NCBI GenBank assembly: GCA_963773065.1
Contig: CAVYZN010000026.1
Coordinates: 1 to 64,000, forward strand
From: an uncultured Gammaproteobacteria bacterium
Lineage (GTDB): Bacteria; Pseudomonadota; Gammaproteobacteria; UBA9214
Direction of reading: 5' to 3'
Length of the DNA stretch: 64,000 nucleotides
Shown here: piece by piece, positions 11,798 through 22,090 of the stretch
Layout: each line of letters opens with the position of its first letter
Numbering within the stretch: position 1 is the stretch's first letter
The notes under the pieces: model-generated
Databases searched by the model: none
What the model saw: the letters and a program-made list of their open reading frames with translations, nothing else
Told to the model about the DNA's origin: nothing
Translations under genes and position numbers: made by a program

Positions 11798-12033
11798 TCT
11801 GCTCCCCCCATTTCAGCAATAGCCTGATTCATCTCCTCTATCGTGACAGCCTTTTTGGGCTTGGGCACAATGCCTTTAAGGACCTGAACATCCTGAGTTG
11901 CAGCCATGATCTGAAAGACCCCATCCTGGATTTCGACGAATTCCACCCGATCGCCGGTATCGATACCGAGACGGGCCCTCACGTTCTTCGGGATGGTAAC
12001 CTGGCCCTTACTGGTGATGGTTGCGGTTGTCAT
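11794..12033 (-). CDS. AbrB/MazE/SpoVT-type antitoxin
   Basis: ATITSKGQVTIPKNVR; 4-nt overlap with the toxin. Confidence 0.9.
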   Translation of the reverse strand: MTTATITSKGQVTIPKNVRARLGIDTGDRVEFVEIQDGVFQIMAATQDVQVLKGIVPKPKKAVTIEEMNQAIAEMGGAD

Positions 12034-12067
12034 GAAAGCAGTCTCCTGAGTTACCGTTAATACTATT

Positions 12068-12085
12068 CCTTACTATATGGTAAGG
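12068..12085. promoter_or_regulatory. Palindromic operator upstream of the antitoxin (probable TA autorepression site)
   Basis: CCTTAC-TATATG-GTAAGG perfect 6-bp inverted repeat ~35 bp upstream of the start. Confidence 0.6.
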
Positions 12086-12297
12086 CATCGCATAATTCAA
12101 GGAAACCTGCTGTGATCCTGGGGGCGCAGGGTCGAGAGCTGGCTCGTTACTACAGTAGCTTGGTCGAATTTTTCGAGGCGTACTGAGGAATTTATTCCGC
12201 GCCTGGTTGCACGCTTCCCCCGGTAAATCTGCATGAAAATTTCTTCACGCCCAAAACCCGACACGCCTTTATCGCCGAACCGGAACGGTTGGGTGTT

Positions 12298-14668
12298 TCA
12301 CTCCGAAAGTCCCTGCAGGCGCGCCGCGTATTTCCGCGCTTCCTCCTCCTCGCCGCGTTCGCCGTAGAAGCTGGCCAGGGCCTGTAGAATATCACGGTCA
12401 TCGGGATGGGCCGCAAGCGCCGTCTTGAGGCAGGCGATCGCCGCCTCCGTGTCGCCCGTCGCGTTCAGCGCCACGGCGTAAACATAGGCGAAGCGCGCAT
12501 TTCCCGGGTCCAGTTCCGCGGCGCGCTTCAATTCGCCCAGCGCCTCATCGGTGCGTTGCAACCGCACCAGCGCCAGCCCGAGCGCATGATGCAGATTGGC
12601 GTCCCCCGGTACGATGGCGAGTCCCTCGCGCAGGCTGCGCTCGCCGTCCGCGTCGCGGCCCGTGGCGCGATACAGGTCCGCCAGGTTCACATAGGCGGGA
12701 ACAAAGCGCGGATCGAGCGCGATGGCCGCCCGGATTTCCGCTTCCGCCTGCGCGGCATCGCCCCGGTTCGCGTAGAAGGTTCCGAGGTTGACGCGCGCCT
12801 CCACCCGGTCGGCGTTATAGCGCTGGGTCTCGACATACTCGGCGCTCGCGCGTTCGAAAGCGGCGCGCTGCTCCGCGTCCAAGCGGTCGGCGGGTACGGG
12901 AGCGAGCACGCTCACGGCCTCGCCGCGCACGCATTCTCACCGGGTCGGAGAGGAGCGGCGCGGCCAAGGGCGCACGCACCTCCACCGGCGCCTGGGCCAG
13001 CGACTGGAGCGCGCCGAAGCGCAGCAGCGGATCGGGATCGCGCAGGCCCGCGGCCAGCGCCTCAATGCTGGCGCGGCTTCCCGCCGGGTCGAGACCGGCG
13101 AGCGCCGTGGCGCGGGCGATGGGCGGCTGCGTGGCGTCGGCGGCGACCCCGCGCAGTTGCGCCTCGGCATCGCGCGCGCCCGCGCGGCGGCGGAGAACGC
13201 CGCGGCGTAGCGCTGATAACCCTGCGGGTCGTGTCCGTACCAGGTATTGACTTGCGTGGCGGCCCAGGCCGCATCGCGTCCGGTGTGACAGCCGGTGCAG
13301 GCGTTGGGCGTGCCGAACTTGACGGACAGATCCGGGCGGGGCACGCGCAGGCTGTGATCGTGCCGCGGATCGATCACCATGTAGGTGGTGGTCGGCATGT
13401 GGCAGGCCGCGCAGGCGGCGCCGGCGCTGCCCGGCGGGTGGTGGTGATGTTCCGCCGTATCGTACTTGCCTTGCAGGTGACAGGCGGTGCAGACGGCGTT
13501 GCCCGGCGCGCGCAATTTTCCGCTGTGGGGATCGTGGCAGTCGCTGCAGGTGACGCCCTTCGAATACATTTTGCTTTGCAGGAATGAGCCCCAGTCATAG
13601 ACTTCGCCGCGCTGCTGCCCGTCGGCATAATAGAGCGGATTCTCGAGCAGCGCCGGCCGGTAGTAATCGAGGAAGGGTTTGCCCGCCGCGTAGCCCTCGG
13701 CGATCTGGCCGCGCCGCGCATGGCATTGCGCGCAGACCCCGATCTCGCGTTCGCTCATCCGCGGTTTCGAGCGCACCGCGTTGCCGGTCGCCGGGTCCAC
13801 GGTCCAGGCGGCGTCCCGGCGTTCATCCAGACGCACGGTCAGGCCCTTGCCGTCGTCCTCTTCCCCAGGCTTGCCCGCCCGCTTCGCTTCCGCCCACGCC
13901 AGATGCCGGGAGGCGGGACCGTGACAGGCCTCGCACGCCACGTCGATCTCCGCCCACTGCGTCTGGAAGCGGTCGGCAACCGGATCGTAATTTTTCCGCA
14001 AGCCGGTCGAGTGGCAGTCCGCGCACATGAAGTTCCAGTTCTGCGAGGCGCGCGTCCAGTGCAGCTCATCGTCGTGGGTGATCTGTTCGTCGGGATAGAG
14101 ATGAAACCAGCGCTGGCCGCCTTGCGCCTTGGGCCGGCGTATCCCAGGCGATCGGGAGCGCCTGCAGGCGTCCGCCGGGAAATTCGACCAGGTATTGCTG
14201 CAAGGGGCTCACGCCAAACGTGTACTTGATTTGATAGTCCGCCGGCTTGCCATCGGGACCCTCGGTGCGCACCTGGAATCCGCCGTCGCGCCGGAAGAAC
14301 CGGCTGGTGATGCCGGCGTAGGTGAACTCCGCGTCATTGAAATCGCCGAGCACGCTCTGCCCGTTCGCCTCCTGCATGGCAAGCGCGTGTTGCGAACCCC
14401 GCCACGCCGCGCTTTCCCTGGCATGGCACTGTTCGCAGGCCGGCGCGCCCACATAGGTTGCGGCAGGAGGCGCCGGCGTCGCGACGGCCGGCGGAGGTTG
14501 CCTGTCGATGAGGGCGTAAATCAGACCGGCGCCGAGCGCGAGCAGCGCCGCGACGGCGAGCGCCAGCCGGGTTCCGCGCCGATGCACAGGCGCGGCAGCG
14601 GTCGGCGTTGCTTCCGGATGCTGATCCGGCACGGCGCGCGTGCGTTGCGTTTGCTTGTTACGTTTCAT
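12298..14668 (-). CDS. Membrane-anchored multiheme (8 CxxCH) cytochrome c with HEAT/TPR C-terminus; several frameshifts
   Basis: CEQCH, CADCH, CEACH, CAQCH, CSDCH, CTACH, CAACH, CTGCH in ORFs 14066-14734 and 12937-14028; TPR helices in 12298-12930. Confidence 0.85.
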
Positions 14669-14691
14669 CGGGGAGGTTGTGACCGAGGGCA

Positions 14692-14982
14692 CTAATCCAG
14701 TTTGTCTTTGGCCTTCGACTCCTCCTTGAGGCATGCCTCCATGAATTGGTAGCTGCCACCCGCCGATTGCCCGACCTCTTGGCAGTATTTCATGATGCGT
14801 GACGGAACTGACATACGACTGATGTTGTTTTGAGCGGCTCGTTCCTGCTCTCGACAGGCTGCCTCTAGTTGAGAGCCGCCGCCAGCCGCGGCGCCAACCT
14901 GCTGACAGTAAGCTTCTATGTCATAGGCACGTGCTCCCAGTGGAAGAGCAACGAGACTGAATGCAATAAATCGAAACTTCAT
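14692..14982 (-). CDS. Small exported protein with two internal Cys-pair repeats
   Basis: YCQQVGAAAGGGSQLEAAC and YCQEVGQSAGGSYQFMEAC after a signal peptide. Confidence 0.7.
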   Translation of the reverse strand: MKFRFIAFSLVALPLGARAYDIEAYCQQVGAAAGGGSQLEAACREQERAAQNNISRMSVPSRIMKYCQEVGQSAGGSYQFMEACLKEESKAKDKLD

Positions 14983-15076
14983 GACTCTCTCCGTCGTTTC
15001 AGAAACTGTCGTGTCCTGTTGTTCTCGATAACCTTCGATACGATGGCTCACAATCATACCTGATTACCCATAAACC

Positions 15077-16757
15077 TCAGCCATCTTCCTGGGGTTCATG
15101 CGCACCACCGCGCACCAGGGCAAGGGCCTCGTGCAGCGTCGCGAAGAGGCGCGCCTCACCGATTACGGCCGTAATGCCGTGCCGGTCCATATCGGAGCGC
15201 AGATACGGTGAGACGCGCGCGAATACCAGCCCCACCCCGCGACGGGTCAGGTCGTCGCACAGCTCACGCAGCGACCGCGCGGCGGAGTAGTCGAGGTCGG
15301 TTATCGCACCCGCATCGACCACGAACCAGCGCACGGGGCTCGGCGCCGCCTCCACGAGAGTGCGTACCTCGTCGGTGAAGCGGGTGTCGTTGGCGTAGAA
15401 CAAATCCGCGCCGAAACGGTAGACCACCAGACCCGGTTCGGTCACGGTACCCGGCAGCGCGGGAACCGGCAGCCAGCGGCCGGCCTCGTCCGGCGCCAGC
15501 ATCATGGTGTGCGGGCGATAGCTGTGCCGCACATGCCGCAGCAGCGACAGTGCGACCGCCAGCAGGATGCCCTGGTCGATCCCGACCAGCACCACCACCG
15601 CGGCCGTGACGATGGCCAGTATGAACTCGCCCGGACTCTCGCGGCGAATGTCGCGCAGGCCCTGCACATCGACGAGCCCGACGGCGATGGTGAACACGAT
15701 GCCGGCGAGCACGCTGCGGGGCAGGTACTGGAGCGGCGCGGTGAGCAACAGCAGCACCAGCAGCACGACCCCGGCGAAGACGAGCTGCGCGATCTGGCTG
15801 CGGGCGCCCGCGCGGTCGGCCATCGCCGTCTGGGTGGGACTGCCGTTGACCACGAAGGCCCCGCTCAGCGCCGCGGCCGCATTCGCCGCCGACAGCCCCA
15901 GGATGTCCGCATTCTCGTCGACGCGCTCGCGATGGCGCACCGCGAAGACACGGGAGGTTGCCGCGCTCTGGGCGATGATGATCACGAAGCAAGACACGGC
16001 GATGGGCAGGAGCGCGAGCAGTTCGTTCCAGCTCACGCGAGGGAAGGCGAGCGACGGCAATCCGCCCGGTACCGGCCCGATGACGGCGATACCGTGGCCG
16101 GCAAAGTCGTAGTAAAAGCTGACGGCGATCCCCGCCGCCACCGCAAACAGCGGCACCGGTAGCCGCGGCAGGAAACGGCGGCAGCCGAGGATGACGCTCA
16201 CCACCAGTGTCGACAGGCCGAGCGTGGGCAGATGGACCTGTGCCAGGCCGTGCAGGAGCTGCCACAGTCTGATTGACCGTGCGATGCGAATCCACGGCGA
16301 TGCCGAGCATTTCGCCCAGCATGGCGATGCCGATCTGGACCCCAACGCCGGTGAGGAACCCGACCAGCACCGTGCGCGAGAGGAAGTCGGCGAGGAAGCC
16401 CAGCCTGAAGAGTCGCGCCAGCAACAGGAAAGCGGCCGTTAGCAGGGCGACCATACCCACCAGCGCCATGTATTTCTCGCTGGCCCGCGGCGCCAGGTCG
16501 GACAGGCCGCTGGCGAAGATGGCGGCGGTGGCTGAATCCGCCGCGACGACCAGGTGGCGCGAAGAACCGAAGAGCGCGAACATCACCAGCGGCAGCAACA
16601 CCGTGTAGAGTCCGGTGACGACGGGCGTGCCGGCGATACGCGTATAACCGAGCACCTGCGGGATGTTCATCGAGGCGAGCGTCACGCCTGCCAGCGCATC
16701 GCGCAGCGCCCCGCGGCGGCTGAGCGGCCGAATGCCGCCGAACAGGGTCAGTCGCAT
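15077..16757 (-). CDS. sulP: SulP-family anion transporter with STAS domain; frameshift ~16270
   Basis: DALAGVTLA, PQVLGY, GLY, FGSSR, FLSRTVLVGFLTG; STAS YRFGADLFYAN...DYSA. Confidence 0.9.
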
Positions 16758-16920
16758 GGCAAGCTCCCGTGAATTACCCCCGCGCATCGCGGGGCTCGCG
16801 CGAGCGAGTCCCCTCCGGCTTTATAGTAGATGGGCATCGGTGTTCACGCAGTCGTCGGCCGGCGCGGTCGGTTTCACGGGGAATGGCCGCTCATTGGGCC
16901 GGTCTCCCGCAACCGCTGAC

Positions 16921-17796
16921 CTATTTCTTGCGCTTCGTCTCCCGGGCCTTGCCGGTCTGCGCTGCCTGCTCTTCCGCCGCCGCGTGGTATTTGCGGTGGA
17001 TATCCTTGATGTCCACCTGCGTGGGCGGCAGCTTCAGGCCCATATCGTCCATCGTGTCCGCGATGATCCGCGAGATGGCGAGGTCGCGGAACCACTTGTG
17101 GTTAGCCGGAATGACGTACCACGGCGCGTGCTTCGTGCTCGTCATTTTCAAGGCATCCTCGTACGCTTCCACGTACTCGGGCCACAGCTCGCGCTCGGAA
17201 TAATCGGCCTCGCTGATCTTCCAGTGCCGGGAGGGATCGTCGAGCCGTTGCTTGAAACGGGTAAGCTGCTCCTTGGGGCTGATGTGCAGATAGAACTTCA
17301 GGATATGGGTACCGTTCTGCGCGAGCATTTTCTCGAAGTCGTTGATCAACTCGTAGCGCTTTGACCAGACCGATCTCGGTGCAAGCTTGTGCACGCGCAC
17401 GACAAGGACGTCCTCGTAGTGCGAGCGGTTGAAGATCACCACCTCACCCTTCCCCGGTGTGCGCAGATGAGCGCGCCAGAGGAAATCGTGGGCGGCCTCA
17501 TACGTGCTCGGCTGTTTGAAGTCGAAGACCGACGTCCCCTGGGGATTCATGCCGCTGAACAAATGCCGCACCACGCCGTCCTTGCCGGCGGCGTCGAGCG
17601 CCTGCAGTACGACGAGCAACGACTGGTTACGGTTCGCGTACACCAGATACTGGAGCGCGTCTATGCGGGCGATGTTTTTTTGGATCTCCGGCATCGCCTT
17701 CTCGTGCGATTCGTGCGGACCGGTGTAGGACGGGTCGATCCCGGACAGGCGTACCTTCCCGCCGGGCTCGACGATGAATTTTCTGCGGTAGTTCAT
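16921..17796 (-). CDS. ppk2: Polyphosphate kinase 2 family protein
   Basis: QALDAAGKDG Walker A, FKQPS, HDFLWR, FNRSHYEDV, APWYVIPA. Confidence 0.92.
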   Translation of the reverse strand: MNYRRKFIVEPGGKVRLSGIDPSYTGPHESHEKAMPEIQKNIARIDALQYLVYANRNQSLLVVLQALDAAGKDGVVRHLFSGMNPQGTSVFDFKQPSTYEAAHDFLWRAHLRTPGKGEVVIFNRSHYEDVLVVRVHKLAPRSVWSKRYELINDFEKMLAQNGTHILKFYLHISPKEQLTRFKQRLDDPSRHWKISEADYSERELWPEYVEAYEDALKMTSTKHAPWYVIPANHKWFRDLAISRIIADTMDDMGLKLPPTQVDIKDIHRKYHAAAEEQAAQTGKARETKRKK

Positions 17797-17811
17797 GTTT
17801 TTGTTTCCTCT

Positions 17812-18016
17812 TTATAAACCAGCCGGCGAGACATGTCCGAGCGCCGGGACATGCGGCTGCAGCGACTGATTCACCACCTCCGCACTCTTGAGGTGGCGTG
17901 CGGTACGGTAAGCGGCAAATCGTTCCGCGATCAGCCTGACGCCGCCGAGCACGAACATCCAGGCCAGGTTGTAGGCCCAAACCCAGGCGATCAGCTTCCA
18001 CGCGATCGGCTCGACC
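17812..18016 (-). pseudogene. C-terminal remnant of a plasma-membrane H+-efflux P-type ATPase
   Basis: Manual translation VEPIAWKLIAWVWAYNLAWMFVLGGVRL...; no upstream ATPase domains. Confidence 0.55.
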
Positions 18017-18282
18017 CCCGGTCGGTCTGAACGGCAAGTCGGGCGAGAACCTGGTCGACAGGGATCTATTCAAGATCCGCCCCGTCGCCGGACCCAGACC
18101 CGGCAATGCGCGAAATAGGTTGTTGTGTACCGGCAGGCATGGGGGTTTCTCCTTGTGTAATGATGTCAGCTCAGCATTGGCTCCAGGCGATCCCAGGGAC
18201 GTTCCACACCGCGGCACGTCCCGCCCCTTCCCCGTAGCGGGCATGGCGCGCCGATTGGAAAGCCGCTAATCGCCGCCGCCGT

Positions 18283-18873
18283 TCAGGCCGCTACCGCCCT
18301 GGCTGCGTTGCGGGCGGCCAGGGCAACAAACACGGACGACCAGCCGTTCATGATCATCTCGATGGAGATAAACAGACCGATGACCCAAAAACCCGAAGCC
18401 GGCCACTGTGCCATGATCATGCTGCCCAACAGAATGGAGATTAACCCTGCGAGCAGCGGCCAGAATGACCCTTTCACCGGCCGCAACTGCAAGGCCATGA
18501 TGATGCGAAATACGCCGACCGCCATCAGGATGCTTGCCAGCACCATCGTCAAGCTCATCGATGCGAGAATGGGGTCTGTGACAATCACGATACCGGCGGC
18601 CACATACAGCAAGGCGATCACAACGTGCCACAACACGCTTTTCCAGCCTTTGAGCTGGAAGGCATTGACGAGCTGGAAGACACCGCCGACGATAAGCAAC
18701 GCACCAAACATCATGACAGTGGCCAGCGTCATGGCGAAGCTCATCCAGAGCCCGAGGGTTCCCAACACGATGAGTAAAATGCCGAGCGCCAACAGCCAGC
18801 CCCAGTTCTTCTTCAATTCGCCAAAAACGGCGCCCTGTATGGCGGATAAAGCGGCATCGTTACTTGCGGACAT
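18283..18873 (-). CDS. hdeD: HdeD/DUF308-family acid-resistance membrane protein
   Basis: NWGWLLALG, six hydrophobic segments, WPASGFWVIGLFISIEMIMNGW. Confidence 0.9.
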   Translation of the reverse strand: MSASNDAALSAIQGAVFGELKKNWGWLLALGILLIVLGTLGLWMSFAMTLATVMMFGALLIVGGVFQLVNAFQLKGWKSVLWHVVIALLYVAAGIVIVTDPILASMSLTMVLASILMAVGVFRIIMALQLRPVKGSFWPLLAGLISILLGSMIMAQWPASGFWVIGLFISIEMIMNGWSSVFVALAARNAARAVAA

Positions 18874-18980
18874 ATCGGTTCTCCTTCTTTGTTGTTTTCC
18901 GTCTTGACCTCAATCCACGAATTAAAACCAGCCGTAGACGGGATGTGCTTGCGGCATGCTAATCCCGCCGTCTTGCCGGG

Positions 18981-19105
18981 TCAAACGAACTCGGCCACCG
19001 GTATCGCCGCGCCAAAGCTGCCGCCGAGCGCCAGGTGAAGCTGGATGCGGTTGGCGATCTGCGCGTTGCGCAGCTCGATGACGCGCTCTTCGGAGGTGAG
19101 ATGTC
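18981..19105 (-). pseudogene. C-terminal remnant of a TolC/NodT-type outer-membrane efflux protein
   Basis: IELRNAQIANRIQLHLALGGSF resembles the terminal L-x-x-ALGG motif. Confidence 0.55.
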
Positions 19106-19119
19106 GAGCGGTTCGCTCG

Positions 19120-19342
19120 TCAATGACTGCTAATTGGTCCGAAGGTGTGAACGGCTTCCACCACTCCATGAAAGATCAGGCCCATCCCCATCGCGGAAAC
19201 GAAAAATCCCACGATGCGCGTGGCGGCGTCGATTCCCTTGGGCCCGATCCGGCGCAGCACCACCCTGGCGTAGGCCAGCAGCAGGTAGGTGACGGCCATC
19301 GTGGCCACAATGGCCACGGACACGGCGGCAAACGAGCGCCAC
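19120..19342 (-). pseudogene. marC: 3' fragment of a second marC paralog
   Basis: LRRIGPKGIDAATRIVGFFVSAMGMGLIFHG is nearly identical to the C-terminus of 10734-11395. Confidence 0.85.
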
Positions 19343-19356
19343 AAACGGGGCCGGAT

Positions 19357-20055
19357 TTATTTTTCGCACTTCGGCCTTCCAGGTCGGCGTTGCTCGATCC
19401 GCTTTCCGATGATCCGTTCGACCTCATTTACGAAGCGCACGTTGCCGGTGAGTTGCCCGCGCTGCACCGCCTCTCGAATCAGTTCCCACTCGCCGCCGGG
19501 TATTGCTTCGCATACAAAGTCCCGATACCGCTTCGCAGGAAGTTCTTCACCTGCACCGCCTGCGATTATGCACGGCAGCGGATCAAGCCACGCATAGGGT
19601 TGCGTTCCTCCCAACGGTGGAAGCTGGACCACGGATACTGCTCCGGTGCGACGACCATCCGGGCACGGACCGGATTGAGCTCGATGTAGCGGATACAGGC
19701 TAGCAGGTAGCCGTCGGTCTGGACCGAACTGGACTTGTAGCGACTCTCCCATAACGTGCCACGAAGACCTTCGGCGCGATTGTGATAACGCGTCTGGCGC
19801 CCGGCAAGGCGTTTCATAAGCTGACCGAGCCCCGCCTGGGTGTCCGGTGCGAGCAGCAGGTGCGTGTGGTTGGTCATGAGGCAGAACGCATAGACGCGCA
19901 CACTGAACGCCGCCTTGAACTCCGCCAGTGTCTCCAGGTAAGTCTCCAGGTTAACGGTAATCCGTCAGTTCCGCAAACACTACCTGTCGATTATGGCCTC
20001 GCTGCACGACATGGTGGGGATATTCGGGCAGAACCACCTGTCCCGTTCTCGGCAT
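19357..20055 (-). mobile_element. REP-associated tyrosine transposase (RAYT, Y1 HUH), inactivated
   Basis: MPRTGQVVLPEYPHHVVQRGHNR (ATG 20055), AFCLMTNHTHLL (HUH), GTLWESRY, RYIELNPVRA, YPWSS; stop plus 12-bp tandem duplication at ~19930-19953 and a further frameshift ~19600. Confidence 0.9.
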
Positions 20056-20248
20056 CGCACGCCCTCCCTGGCGTTACGTTCGATCCGGATACTACCAATG
20101 CTTCGGTGAAAATCAAATCCGTCGTCAAACGGGACAGTCAAAAGCGTGAAAAATAAATCTGTCGCCAATTACTGGCGGCGCTCCGATTCGACCCAACCTG
20201 CGCGGCGGATAAATGCTATTCATTGCGCCTCAACCAGGAGATCACATA

Positions 20249-20488
20249 ATGGCTAGATCAGTTGCTGAATTGTTTAAGGAGGCTTCTGCCCTCGACGAAC
20301 ACGAGCGTGCCACATTAGCCGGCCTGCTGCTGGAAAGCATCGAGCAAGCACCTGACCCGGAGATCGAAGAAGCGTGGAAGGTTGAGATTGAGCGCCGAAT
20401 CAAGGAGCTAGATTCCGGATCCGCCACTTTGATCCCTTGGGAAGAAGTCAAGGCGAAGCTATTCCGGACAGCGGACAATGAATCTTGA
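20249..20488 (+). CDS. Addiction-module antitoxin component
   Basis: ERATLAGLLLESI...AWKVEIERR...IPWEEV; AGGAG RBS. Confidence 0.85.
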   Translation: MARSVAELFKEASALDEHERATLAGLLLESIEQAPDPEIEEAWKVEIERRIKELDSGSATLIPWEEVKAKLFRTADNES

Positions 20489-20773
20489 TCGTTCACTTTC
20501 ATGCTGCAGCCGAGGTAGAGGTTCTGGAAGCTCGAGCCCTGGTATGCCGAACGCAGTGAAATCGCAGCCAGAGCCTTCGCGACGGAGGTGGCTTGGGCGG
20601 TACGGGAAATCGGAAGCGCACCTGAAAGGTGGAAACGCCATGTGTACGGCACTCGTCGGTTCATCCTGCCAAACTTCCCGTTCAGCATCATTTACCGAGT
20701 GCATGAAAACGCGGTGCAGGTAGTTGCGCTGGCCCATCATCGGCGGCGACCCGGCTACTGGCGTAGCCGGTAA
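20478..20773 (+). CDS. RelE/ParE-family toxin; frameshift near the 5' end
   Basis: FHAAAEVE...WY, RRFILPNFPFSIIYR, VVALAHHRRRPGYW. Confidence 0.85.
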
Positions 20774-20784
20774 CCCATCGGCCA

Positions 20785-20870
20785 ATCGGATAACCGGGGT
20801 GTTTACCCCCATCCCCCACACACCACCACGGCATGCGGGTCCGCACCGGGCGGTTCAAGCGAGTTGGGGT
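20785..20870 (-). ncRNA. Group II intron 3' remnant (domains V-VI, class C-like), no RT ORF
   Basis: Minus strand GAACCGCCCGGTGCGGACCCGCATGCCGTGGTGGTGTG (DV with CGC triad), then hairpin and TATCCGAT terminus. Confidence 0.75.
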
Positions 20871-21023
20871 TGTGATCGAGAAAAATGCGAGCCTGGCCCC
20901 CTTAATGCTTTAATGCTTGTTGCGGGCGCGCGCGATGGGAAGTAGGCCCAACCCCCATCGATCCAGGAGACGCTGCGCGATAAAGTTGTGCAATGGCCCT
21001 GAACTTGAACATTGGGACTCAGC

Positions 21024-21612
21024 ATGATGACGTACGCAGTACTTAAGCTCGTTCATATCATCGGCGCCATTCTTATCGGCGCCGGTTTGATCGAGGTGTG
21101 GGTGTCAGACATGCGATCCCGCCAGTTGCGTGATCTCCCGGGGTTCTCGGAAGCCGTGCGCAACATCGCGGTGTTCTACGATGGCGTCGTCGTGCCGGGC
21201 GCACTGGTTCTGCTGGCCTCGGGCGCGTGGCTGATCGTCGAGTTCTTCGGCGGCTGGAGTTTTCTCGCCATCCCCTGGCTTGCGGGGATGGTGTTTCTGT
21301 TCGCCTTCGAGTTCATCGAGGGCAACACGGTTACCCGGCGGTACTTCAATGCGACTGCGCCGGCTGACCCGGGAGGCGCTGTCGGTCGGCCGCTTCACGC
21401 CCCAGTTGGAGCAAGCCCGCGCCGAGAGCGTTCCGACCTTCACGCACTTTCTCGATCTGCCCATCCTGTTTCTGATCGTCAGCCTCGGCGCGCTCAAGCC
21501 GGACACCTGGACCTTGTTCTTCGCGGGCTCCTTGGTCGCGCTGGCGGTCGCCGCGGTTCTGACGATGATCGTGCCTCGTCTCTACCCGTGGTCGGGGTCG
21601 CGGCCTGCGTAA
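21024..21612 (+). CDS. DUF2269-like membrane protein; frameshift ~21345
   Basis: LKLVHIIGA, VVPGALVLLASG, LGALKP; ORFs 21012-21647 and 21280-21612. Confidence 0.65.
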
Positions 21613-21876
21613 GGCGAATCGGCGATAGCGTTCTGCGCCGCGTGTGAGACCTTCCGTGCGGCGCAATTCGCCGACGCTATTGCGCCCTACGGGATCTGAT
21701 AGACCCCTGAGTTATTACGATGTGCCAGAGAATGTTGAAGCCATAAAAATCCTGCCGCCGGTCGATGGATACGCGAGGAGCCGTCACGGCGTCGCTCACG
21801 CCTGTAGACAAACAGGCGGTTAGCAGCCAAGATGGAAAAAAAATCAACTCCTTGAAGAGAACCCATCGAGGTCGCT

Positions 21877-22056
21877 ATGGAACCATTGAAGAAAGAGGCC
21901 ATCAACGTCATCGCCAACCTCCCCGATGACGCGGATATGGAAGAGATCATGTACCGGCTCTATGTGCTGGAGAATATCCGGCGCGGACAGGAAAACGCCG
22001 AGCAAGGCAAGTCCACTCCCGCGGAACAAGTGCTGCGGGACATCCAATCGTGGTGA
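21877..22056 (+). CDS. Small putative antitoxin (59 aa), toxin partner absent
   Basis: Manual ORF MEPLKKEAINVIANLPDDADMEEIMYRLYVLENIRRGQENAEQGKSTPAEQVLRDIQSW*, GAGG RBS. Confidence 0.7.
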   Translation: MEPLKKEAINVIANLPDDADMEEIMYRLYVLENIRRGQENAEQGKSTPAEQVLRDIQSW

Positions 22057-22090
22057 AGTTTATGCTTCTGACACTTCACGGGGAGCGATC

